Assembly (NCBI GenBank): GCA_904063045.1 | Contig: CAJFCJ010000019.1 | Span: 2,309,700-2,373,699 of the forward strand | Reading direction: 5' to 3' | DNA length: 64,000 nucleotides | Origin: Dimorphilus gyrociliatus | Lineage: Eukaryota > Animalia > Annelida | In this document: in pieces, positions 12,501-24,208 of the stretch | Numbering within the stretch: the stretch's first letter is position 1 | Layout of the letters: every line of letters begins with the position of its first letter | Translations under genes and position numbers: made by a program | The notes under the pieces: generated by a model | What the model was told of the DNA's origin: nothing | Databases searched by the model: none | Seen by the model: the letters and a program-made list of their open reading frames with translations, nothing else

Positions 12501-13335
12501 TCTGGTTATGAGGATGCCCATTTTCAGGAAAAGCATTAAACGCTTGTAAATAAAATCGATGGGACAACAAGGCCGCTTGATCACCTTCGAAATCAACTTG
12601 ATAGCGAGCTATATCGCCCAAATACACTAGGCATCTATGGGCAGCCAATCTGGCCCAAGATATAACCTTATTATCAATCTCATTATTTTTTAATTGGTGA
12701 GGTTTCCTATGACACTTTGGCTCTTCTATGGCTGGTAAGTCAATAGAATTGTAGACCTTAATGTCGTATTTGTTTTGCAATTCAAACAACAGGTAAGTAT
12801 AATAGCCTATTGCGGAATCTAGATGGGTTCTATAAGCAGCCTCAAGATCGGTATATGGTTTCATATGCTGCAAGTTAAATAAAATATTAAATAAATACGT
12901 GAAAACAGAAAGATTTTAGCATACCTTTCGATTTTGCTTTACTATTTGAATGACATCGTAAAAAACTTTTCTCCACAGTAACTCCTCTGCTTTGCGGCCA
13001 TATTCATACGGATTATAAACAAAGAACAATTTTTCACAATAGTCTTGTAGCCTATATTGAGGAATGTGTTTAAACGTAATAAAGGCAGTGGACCAATAAT
13101 GAATAATAGATAATCTCTTACTTTCTCCTTAGAAATACGCTTTCCGTTAAGAAAACATCTCTATAGTTTCTTTTTGTTTTATTTATTTTATCTAGTTTTT
13201 TCGACAGTTCAACGGCATTCCTGAAATATATGTTTATTAAAGATTAAAAATAACCACTGAAAAAAATTACCGATATATAGTCTTTGCCTTGTCACTATCG
13301 AATGTAGATTCAGACTTAGCTGAGGATGTGATCAT
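9510..13335 (-). CDS. SMG5: Nonsense-mediated decay factor SMG5 (EST1B): 14-3-3-like TPR domain and C-terminal degenerate PIN domain
   Basis: Exons encode EYGRKAEELLWRKVFYDVIQ, HLDSAIGYY, AAHRCLVYLGDIARYQ, GHPHNQIGTL, and a PIN-like YAVIDGRTLL...IIVPLAALDLLDEMK...CIRWLE. Start MITSSAK at 13335, stop at 9510. Confidence 0.9.
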
Positions 13336-13729
13336 AATCACCAATTGTTAACATAAAAATATATATGCGATTTTCATTAAATTTTTGAGATACCCATGTT
13401 GTTCTGAAAGGTAAACGTTAAAAAAGAACAATTATAACCCGAAACATTGTTTTCTTCCGCCATCTTTAGGATAAAACTCACGTGATCAAGAGTTACCATT
13501 ATAAACTGGTTATTGAATTTTGCCACTAAGAAGAAATCATATTCTTTCAGAATAATATTTCCGAGAAATTATCTCTTAATAGGTTCTTTTTATTATTAAA
13601 CTATCTTCGGAATAGATGAGAGAATTGTAAATATCAACTTTGAATTATTTAAATTTTAATGTAAAATAATAATTCAACAGAGCGATATTGCAGAGTTTTT
13701 AGGAACACCCACCAAAATATTTTTTCGAA

Positions 13730-15303
13730 ATGAATGGTAAAACTTTCTCTGTGCCCATTGTTCACTCCGAACTACGGCGTGAAGAAATGATGCAACAAGT
13801 GGCAAGTGTTCTAGACTACGTGGATAAAGTATCTGAAAGTATCTTTGCGTCGATTACAAGTAAAATAACAGAGAGTCGTGAAAAATTACAAGCAATTAAT
13901 AGACGAGTTGATGTCGCTCAGGCTAAAATTGAAAAGATCAGGGGCTCAAGGAATGCTACAACAATATTTGCTACTTCCAAGTATCCAAAAGATGGAGAAG
14001 TAGACTTTTATAAATGTATGAATAACGAATTAAACCAAACTTTGTGTAGCTATAAGTATAAAACTGAGAGCGATCTTGAAAAATTTGAAGATGCTTCTCT
14101 AGTCGCTATGAAACAGTTTTTTAATGTTAAGGTACGCCTAAAGAAAGATAAAGAAAACTCCGAAGGAGGTCTTGGAAGACTTCCCCAGAATATTCAATCT
14201 GTTTCTTCCTTGCTTTTGTTCAATACTTCAGAAAATCCATACAAACAATACATAACACTAGATCCTCTTGGAGTTGTTAAAAAAATACGAAAGGAGCAAA
14301 ATGACGATGATAAAGATCAAATGGATGAAGCACCCCAAACCATAAGCAATAAAGAGGAACTAGAAAGAAACAGTCAAGAAATTGAAAAATATCGTCCAGT
14401 TTATGAACAAGTCCCAGATATAACCGTTCCAGATAATCTTCCAGACTTACTTAATATAGCTGATAATCTTACTTATAACGATACAGTTGACTTGTCTGAA
14501 GCGATTGTACCGTCAGCTCTGCCAGATTTGCCTGCAATTGATAATTCTACTCCTTTACCGGAAAGTCCAAGTCTTGATCAGAAAGAGGAAGTCCTATCAC
14601 AACCTCCTCCTCCTCCTCCAACGTCTGCTCCGCCTCCACCCCCACCGCCACCTCCGCCACCGCCTCCACCAGCAGAAGCCCCAACTGGTAAGTTAATTTC
14701 TTTGATATTGGTTAAGAACGTTTCATTCCTCCAATTGAAACAAGGTCCAATAGCAATTAATATAACAACTAAATCATTCCTAAAGTATACTAATTAATTA
14801 GAGCTGAATTGTTAATTATATATTAGGTAGCTGGGATTATTTTATGATTACAAGAGGTCATGCAAATAAAGAATTTATATTAATTTTGTTTGTTTAAAGC
14901 AGAAATATTAGTTATTAAACTTCTTAGTAACTGAGTAATGGAAAATTTTGTTTAATACAAAATCTTTTAATTTTTAGCATCCGAAACAGTTCCTGTTGCT
15001 CCACAACCATCAAATTTGCCTACTATATCTACAGAGACAAGTCAAGATAATAAGGAGTCTGTAGCTGACAACCAACCAGATAACAGTAGAGCAAGTTTAA
15101 TGTCAGCTATAAGAGAGGCAGGTGGCTCAAAAACCTTAAAGCCGTCAAAGCAAAGGGAAATTCGCAAAAAAGAACAAAAGAAGAATGATCCAGAGCCTCA
15201 AGATCTTATGTCAAGTTTACATTCACTATTAAATTTAAGGCGAAAGGCTGTTGCAGACAAACGTGAGGCAAATGGAGCTGAAGACGATGAGTGGGATGAT
15301 TAA
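13730..15303 (+). CDS. WASHC1: WASH complex subunit 1 (WAHD, poly-Pro, WH2/VCA), 2 exons
   Basis: WAHD motifs (LRREE..QQ, GLGRLP.NI.SVSSLLLFNTSENPYK.Y..LDPLG), poly-proline, WH2 RASLMSAIREAGG, central DLMSSL..LL.LRRK and acidic DDEWDD*. Intron 14688-14977. Confidence 0.95.
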
Positions 15304-16186
15304 AGTGATATATGCAAAAAAATAAATAAATTCGTTATTATTATACAGTCATTTTTTTGACATGTTAACACACTTTTTTTACTTAGTAGAGACCTTGCTC
15401 TCATTAACTGACTTGATGGGGAATTTCCATCAGTAAGAAACTTAATTACCTTCAGGGCTATTCTAAATATATCGTTAAGAGAATGAACTTATTCTTATGG
15501 TGTGAATTGGGGTTGAGACACTTTTTAGTGTATATTACTTTCAAGGCCAGATTGTATTGAGGTCATTGCGCAAATTTGCATTCCTGCAAAAAGTCATTTA
15601 ATTTGATTGATTGATGTTTGTACTTGACTGATAATTTAGGCTTTTCAAGTTAGGTAAAAATGTGTCACAATCCAAGGTTAACAGAGTTTTGAATTGATTA
15701 ATTCAACGAAATTAGTGTACTCACTTTTGATGCAGACCTTGTACTTGCCTAACCTCGACATCTTTTTTCAAGAGTATTAGTCGATTACAGGGACATTTTG
15801 TTACAAATGAAAAGAATTAGGAAGAAGATAAAATGGAAACAGTCATTACATGAAAAGATAAATTTTGCTCAAAAATATATCAACACCCGTTGTGTATTTA
15901 ACCACCTTAGAATGAAAAACACAAAATAAATATCATAAGAAAAATAGTAAGTTCATCCAAAAGTGGAAAAAGAGATAACATCAAATCCAGATAAAATACT
16001 ATCTAGTTAAATGTTAGAATAAAAAAAAAAAGTTTCAATCTTTACAAAGCTGAGAGAAACTTTGTCAAAAAGAAAATAAGAATAGCAAACAAACTTTATT
16101 TCACAAATTGAATATTGTTTGATTTTTTTAAAGAACTTTTAAGTGAAAGTGTATGAATGTTAGATGCAACTATATTCATACGACAT

Positions 16187-16188
<2 letters not shown>

Positions 16189-16220
<32 letters not shown>
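16189..16220. repeat. (TA)n microsatellite
   Basis: About 15-16 consecutive TA/AT dinucleotides between WASH1 and HIP1. Confidence 0.8.
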
Positions 16221-16223
<3 letters not shown>

Positions 16224-16933
16224 TATTTAAGAATTATAAACTAATTGCACTTTGCTCTATAAACAGAATCATAGAAGCAATTTTCCATTTAGCTCTTTTT
16301 TTTTCCCTGTTCGCTTTTGTATCATGTAGTTTATGTATATACAATTGCAGAGGAAATTGTTCATACCAAGATTATTTTTAAACGAATATTATCTATTTTG
16401 ACATGTAATTTTCCACAAATATAGCAGATATTTTGTGAACAACGTATATCGAACTAGATAAAATCCTCTTTTATAATAATCAATTTTTTTCAAACAAAAC
16501 TATGCCGGTTATCCTTTAAAATAATATCTGGTATGGAAAATTTCTCCTGCCGTTATATTGTACATATTAAATTTTTTTGAAACACATTTTCGTTTATCCT
16601 TTTCCCATTGCAAATTCAGTTCGATTGAATAGAGCCGTTTGATTCATTCTAAGGATTAAATAGATAAAATTAATAGCTTTATATAATGAATAATAGATTA
16701 TCTTATTAAAAGAAATGAGCATAGTCTAAAATAAAAAAAAGAAGCTACTATTATACCTTTTTACAGTATATACTTGAAAAAATAAATAAATAAATAGATA
16801 TATAAACTATATATGAACAGAAAATCTAACATTTAGCAAGCAAAAATGAAAATACAAATTGAATATATTTGTAAAAAAAACAAAGGTAAAAGGAAAATAC
16901 ATATTATAAAAGTTTTGATTAATCTTACATTCC

Positions 16934-19900
16934 TTAACCGCACTTCATCTGTTAGTTTTGTTTGTTTATTTGTTTGTATTTTTTATTAATTGTGGCAAAG
17001 AAGAATCGATAGATTGATAGGAGAGGAGAGTAAAGAAAAGATATTAGTTTAAATCGATTACGGTATGATTATAAAAATAAGGAAATAGACGAAACACTTA
17101 CAATATCTTCAGCATCCCATCCTTCACTTTCACCAGCTAACTGATAATGGCGTTTTCTCAATTCTGCAAAGTGTATCCTCTCCTTTTCCAAGGCGCTTTC
17201 AAGTTCTAAAACTTTAACTTGACTATCCATTTCCAATCTGAAATGATATATACAAAAAACTCAATGAATTTTCAATTATATTGGAATAAATGCTAATGAA
17301 AGAAGGCTGATATGCCCCTCTTTTACCTTTTCGCTTGATGTAAGGTAATTTTTGAATAATCCATAAGACTCTCTTCAACTATTCTCTTAGAGCCGGACTT
17401 TGCACACGCTACCACTGTTCCAGTAGCCTTTGTAACACCCTTGCTGGCCTCTGATAATCGGCTCATGGCTTTGCTACCACTGGAAGCCTTAACCTTTGAG
17501 GCGACGACAAGTTGTGTTGTTGATGCTGCTATTTCTTGAGAGCAAACAATAAGTTTCTCTAACTTAGCTTGTCCCTGAACGACTTTGTCAGCTGAATCTA
17601 CTAATGCATTTGCAGCCCAGCCTACTGCCTTAGCACCCGATAATAAGCCTTCTGTCCATCTATGATGTTTCTTATAAAACTCTTTAGCACTAGTAGATCC
17701 TCGACCTTGCTCGACTATCTCATCTTGAAGATCCTTTGAGCGTTCCACCAATATTTTAATGGCAAGCATCAAATCGGTGCACGAACCAAGAACAGATTCG
17801 TTTACTTCTAGTTCAACACCCTTATTCTTCGCTCTCGCAGCATCCATTATATCTTGTATTTTATTCGACGCCGCTTCAATTTGAGCGGACATTTCCGACA
17901 TTTCCATATTGAGTAAATCAACAACTTCTTCCTTTTGAATATCTTCAACTTTCGGAACTAAATTATTAGCTAATGATAATAATTTGTCAAGATCTTCCTT
18001 TAACAAATCTATTGAATCGTTCCATTTATCAACACTATCCGTTAATAAGTTATTTAGTAGACATACAGCACTGTCTGAACACTTCTTAGAAATGAAAACA
18101 AGCTGCTCTCCTTGTTCAATTGGCGTTGTATTAGAAGTACATTTGCTAAAAATAATAATTTCACTGATTTGATTGGCAAGAGAAATAAACTGTTCCATTA
18201 TTTTTGGCGTAATTGAGTCTTCGTCATGTTTTAAGCCTCTGACAATATTTTTAATTTCTTGAACAACTCTAACAGTTGGTTCGATTATATGTATAAGAAA
18301 TTCAGCATTACTCGTACACGAGGTCATTGCCTGATGTTCTGCAATAGTTTTTGACTCTTCAATCTCTAGTTTAGACTTATTTGAGACTACTAGAAATAAA
18401 TTATGGCGATTTATTTTAATTTCATTTAATAGTTTATCTCTTGTTAAGTTTAGTTCTTCCTTTTCTTTTTCAAAGAAACTCTGCTGTTGTTCCCCTTGAT
18501 TTTGGACCCTGTTTAGATCGGATTTTATTCTTTCAATTTTATTTCTTTCATCGTTTATTTCCATCCTTAGCATATCTGCCTCGCTACGCCTCTGTTCTAT
18601 TTCGGATTTTAATCTTTCGGCATTAAGTTTATCATCTTCCTTTTCTCTGGTAAGAACGTCGTTTTCGATCTTTAACTTTTCTAAATCGCTTTCAATTTGA
18701 TTAACATAATCTAATTTCGATGCTAACTCTTCGGCTCTAACGGACGTTGATTGAACAAGTGTATCTTTCGCCATATTGGCTTCGTGCAATGAAATTCTTA
18801 AACTCTTCTCTTGTCTTAATAGATCGGCGTGTTTATCTGTAAGAGAATTATACATTTCTCGTAGTTTATTGAATTTTTCGACTTGTAGACGGCTTGACTT
18901 TTCTGCCGACTGTAGCCTCTCCAAAAGCTCTTGTTTTGACTGTTCATTCGTTGCTTGAGATTTAACAACATTCTTTAACCCTTCATTTTCTTCGCAAGTT
19001 TGTCTAGCTATCATTTTTAATTCTTCAACTTCCTGTTCTAAATCTCTAATTCTACTATTTTGAGATTCTTGTATCATTTCCGATTCTCGTCGTGTAAAAT
19101 CAATTTCCGCATTTGACTCTTTTACTTTCCTGCGTAATGACTCTAAAATTACATCTCTTTCGTCAGGTACAGGGGCTTTTTGAACAGGTGCCGGTGATGG
19201 AGGTGGAGGTTCATTAGCAAGTGCCTCAGTTGTATCGATAAGGATGCCTTCCATTTGTTCTGGTTCTGGAGGTTGCGATTCCACAATAGCCACAGGTTTT
19301 TGATGATCAGTTATTTCGGAAGCAATTAGAAAATTTGGTGCTCTCTTTGAAATTTCATCACAAAAGAACTCAATAGTAATAAAGAAATATTATATTAATT
19401 ACTTACGTCTGGCAATTGAGGTAACTTGATAAGATTTTTGAAATAAATTAAATTTGATGATTTTTTATAAAACTCCTTTAATCTATAAATAATAAAAAAT
19501 ATATAATAAAAATATATAACAATTCTGATTTACTTGAAAAATGATAAACCTACTTCTCATACTGATGTTGAAATCTCCTTCGATGTCCGGAAAGTGTATC
19601 GGATGGTAAACCTATATAAAAATTAAAATATATTATAGATGGTGTTCAAGAGGAAAGCCTGAATAATTCGTAGTTAAAGAACAAGTAAAAACTGATTGTA
19701 CTTGTGTTTCTTGATAACATTTAGTTTTTGCTACAACTCAAACAAATGAAGCTAGTGTACTATATATACCTTCAAGAAATGAAGATATTTATATATAGAT
19801 ATATAAACCAATATATATATAATTGCTGTATTAAACAACATTATCTCTTGCAAGTCATTTATACACAAAAATAGCATTCCGTGCAAAAACAGACTGTCGT

Positions 19901-22590
19901 AATATTTCAATTTTATCACTATCCCTATTCTCGATTTCCACTTAGCCCTGTTATTACTATTTTTGTAGGACTAAATTATTTTATCTGGTAAAATCACACT
20001 TTCCTTGTCTCAACAAAAATAATAAAATACTAGTACGGGCTTTTTTACTCATTTAAGGCATATCTTTGGCAATGACTCATCTATAAGAAATTTCATATAC
20101 TGTATATATATATATTAGTATACTGTATAAATTTATATCTATATATGTAAATTATATTAAGTACAGTATAAGCGAAGGGTTAAAAATGTTTTTATTTTTC
20201 TCTTCTTATTCTTAATGATCTTAAATTTTTCTGTCAATAAAACAGTAATAGAAAAATAAAAACAAATAAAATCACTTGATAGGGAATTATATAATATTGA
20301 AAAAAAATGAAAGGTAAAAGGGAAGGCGAGAGGATGGAAAGGCTATTGACCGATAACCAATTTCACTATTTAACAAATTATATAGTAATATCGTATTAGA
20401 TGGCAAAGCAAAGAGTTTTTTTTTTCTATTAAATATTCTCCACCTTTAATGGGTTAAAATCAAATTACGGAAGAAAATCAAAGTAATCTATACTCTCCCC
20501 TCTTTTAATATTTTCAATAAAAAAGAATGATTTCTAATTCTTTTTTTTTTTATTTACTTACCATCCTTGATCACTGCATATTTTAAAATTATATATAATC
20601 TTAATTATTCAATTTTATATGTTAATATTATAATAATACATAGATTATTTAATTAATAAATTTTAAGGAATTAAACTGCTTCCTTTAGAAAGTTAATAAC
20701 ATTGATAACAACTTATGTTGATAAGAGACGTGAACGACAAGATCGAATAAATAACTTTACAATAATTAATTGTTTTTTTTTTTCATTTTACTTCCTTCAA
20801 CATCATATAATAACTAATAATTAAAATGTATAACAATCCCGTTTTTCTTAACTCGTACAACTACTTACCACTAGACTCGTTATCCGCATTATATTCGCTT
20901 TGAATTTGTAATAGAAGTCCTATGTTTACAAAAGTTTTTAACTATTTTTTTTTTGTTTTTTAACAAAAATATTTCATTCAACACTCGAAAATTGAAAAGT
21001 TAACAGATTTATAATTTTTGTTTTTGGTAGAAATATGAAAAAAAATAACAAAAATAAACGAAACTTACTTGCGTGAAGATCAAACAGTAATTTTACTATA
21101 TAATCGTATAGTGGGCAGGAATCTTGAATACAGATGATAAGTGGGGCCAGTCTGCATTGACCATGTGCGGTCATAGAAGCAGCCCTGGACATATCAATGG
21201 AAGAGAAGACTTGTTTTTGTACCAAGAGTATACCATCCATATAATCTAACATGTCGACGCATAATTCGAAGCTGTTTGTACGAATAATCAAAATCAAATA
21301 TGGGTTGACAACTAATAACGCGCTCAACAAGCAAAGAAACTAATACATACTAATTATTGATATCTTTTTTACACATTTTATGCATTTCATCATCCTTAAT
21401 TTCCATATTGCCAGGAAATTTTTCATACTGTTAAAAACCAAAAGAAAAATGTAAATTTACTTATTAATAATCGAGTTAAAGAAGAATAAACTGTTTATTA
21501 AAAAAATATCGATTTTTTTTTCTCTCTATTAATAATAGAAACTTTCTTTTATCTTATCGCAAAATATTTTTTTTTATAGATTCAATGTTATATTAGAATA
21601 AAAAATGTAATTTTAAGGTATATAATTTATTTAATAATAAACTATTACCTACCTTTGCATGAAATTTTAACTTGACTGTCAATAAATGAACGTAATGATA
21701 GATTAATTTTCCGTAACCATCTTCTAAATGACTCCATAAACGACCTATATTTGATATCCAGTCGATATAGTGTATAGAATCTCTAACTGTTCTAGGAGAG
21801 AATCCCTCTCTTAAAACTTTATGTAGGACATGACAAAATTTCCAACAAGTGATTTGATTCCCTTGTAAATCCATACGCCTTGCTATATTCCAAAAGCGGA
21901 TGGCATTTTTTTCATGGAATGTTCCAACAATAAGAGCTTTAGGCAAGAGAAAGTTAAGGAGAACAAATAAACTTTAATTATACTAGATTAGTCTTTGCAT
22001 ATTGATAAATTAAAATAACAATAATCTTTATTAGTTATCCCTTGTACTACTTAGTTTAATGCTGAAAATATAGGTTACGATATTCCATTAAATAAAAACT
22101 AGTCCATTCTATATCAATCTACATTATTAAAAGCCCTTTAAAACGATAGAGTTTGATGGGGATACAAAAGATATATGATTAAATTTCAAATAAATTAACA
22201 AATTAACTTCATAATCAGCCGTCGTATCATCATAAAAAGTGCATTTTCCAGTGCAAAATTTCATTTTACGGTGAATTGATTATTCGAAAATATTTTTATA
22301 CTGTGAAAAAAGGATACAACGTATATGTTTTTCTTTAACTGGACACTCAATTGTATTGACAGCTTTGGTCATACTTTGCAGCTGCAAAATAAAATAGATA
22401 ATTATCTTCTCCTTTTATTATATACATGTTGCCTTATTTTTAATAAAAAACTCTAATATTAATGCTGATAAAGTAAAACAAAAATTACAAAAAATATAAA
22501 AACCTGATGCTTTTCGAAATTTTCCTTTTCTATTTCCAATGAATTTTTCCCTCTTTGGGAAATAACTCTTGGAATACCTATATTTTGCAT
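16934..22590 (-). CDS. HIP1: Huntingtin-interacting protein 1 / HIP1R (Sla2 family): ANTH, coiled coil, talin-like I/LWEQ
   Basis: Exon 1 MQNIGIPRVISQRGKNSLEIEKENFEKHQ starts at 22590. ANTH exons (PVKEKHIR, CWKFCHVLHKVLREG, QCRLAPLIICIQDSC.LYDY). Large exon 17323-19293 contains EFYKKHHRWTEGLLSGAKAVGW and QEIAASTTQLVVASKVKA. Ends LRKRHYQLAG; probable tiny last exon 16934-16948 after a ctaacag acceptor, or read-through stop at 17069. Confidence 0.93.
21937..22317 (-). other. U12-type (minor spliceosome) GT-AG intron in HIP1
   Basis: 5' splice site GTATCCTTTT (22317-22308) and branch site TCCTTAAC (21960-21953) about 17 nt from the terminal AG. Splicing joins KEKHIR-S-LIVGTFHEK in frame. Confidence 0.85.
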
Positions 22591-23615
22591 TATTCTTTTT
22601 TACGATTGCCTTGCCCTCAAAACTCGATGTTTACTCATCAATAACTCTCAAGAAACTGATCCTATAGACAAATGAGATCTGTTTTTATTTACGAAAATAA
22701 TATTTAAATTTATTTACTACATTTATAATATATAGATTACATAAAAATAATTCTTGTTGGTAATTGTTATTTTATACGAAAATATCTTGACGACTTTGTA
22801 AATACACATGGTCATGTGACTGCTTACCTTTTATGGATTCAAATCTGGAGGATGTTTTAATCTTTAATATTCTAGACTAACCTGGAATAAAATTTTACTC
22901 AAAGATACTTAAAAATAAGCAATAAAACTTGAATGTGTAGTTCTTTGAACCAGAATATGTCAATTGCTCTCTCAATTGAAGCCTTTGTTTAATGTATATA
23001 AAGCATTTTAAAACACCACAACTAGTTTAATGAATTTATTACTCGCTAGCTACTAGTGAGTTGACCATCACTATTATATAAATATTAGTACATACATATA
23101 TATCTAATCCACATGACTAATTCAGTCCGCACTATATGAATAATATCCGAAGCCACTCTAGATAAGCTAAAGACTAATACAGTTTATTGGTTTGGTAACT
23201 AAAAAGCAAACGAAAAACTGCTTAGAAGGAAAATTTACCTGAATGGATTTAAAAATAAAGATCGTGTCTTATTTTCAATACGAAAGAGTGTTTCATTCTT
23301 TAAAAATAGCATGAAAAATTTTTGATGAAAGTATAAAATATTAAAAATTTAGAATTTTAATATTACACCTTTTATATTACTATTTTAAAGGTTTGATAGC
23401 TTGAATGGTCTTGAAATTGTATGATATAATAAATGTGATAATAAAAGGTCTAATCATATAGTTATATAATATATTTATATAAATATCAATATACTGTATA
23501 TACTGTATACAGGTGTGTAACACCATTTATTTCTTAGAGCTAAAAGTTAAAATCATAACAAAGTTAGAAACTAAATCAAATTGTCGTATTCTATTCTTTT
23601 CTTCCTAGTAAGTAA

Positions 23616-24208
23616 CTAGTTAAATTCCTTTACGCAATAGCCAGGACCATTTTGAGGTTCGGCTCTAATTCCCCGTCTGGGTTAAACAAATATAATTAGT
23701 CTCTTTTATACGTGATTAATTAACAGTTATTGCTTACCCGACCATTCTGCATCTGTGTTCCTTAAATCTTGGCGTTGCACTTGTTGCATCGGACATTGCT
23801 GAGGAACTCCACAATTTTTCAGCAACAGCACTTGCTCTAGGCCTAACAATTTGTTTTAATTGACGTGTGTTAAATATAATTCTATTTTAAATTACCAAAG
23901 TCTAGAAACAACATTTGAGGTATCAACAAATTCTCCCCATAGAGCTGCTTCACCACCCATTACTAACTTTTTTTGTGCGGCACTGCCTATAAGTAAATGG
24001 TGTTTTCTCGTTTTCATGTCTTATTAAGATTCCTACCTTGCCAATTAAGCGGTTCGCAATTGTAATAAGATGTCCAATCAGTTCCATATGATATATAATC
24101 AAGGTACCAACAAGTGGATAATAATGCTCTATGACCTAAAGCTGTTACCTTGGCAATATCTTGTTGCCATCCCCCTTTCCATACATGCACAACAGTATCT
24201 GGGCGAAC
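23616..24208 (-). CDS. Hexosaminidase C-terminal module B (exons 24208-24037, 23986-23896, 23842-23738, 23676-23616)
   Basis: [26 protein letters not shown]../[22 protein letters not shown]../[39 protein letters not shown]. Exon lengths 172/91/105 are identical to module A; AATAAA at 23531-23526. Confidence 0.9.

Noticed and set aside
15414-15432. Small hairpin TGATGG-N7-CCATCA downstream of WASH1
   Set aside because: A 6-bp stem is expected by chance; no pre-miRNA or SECIS features.
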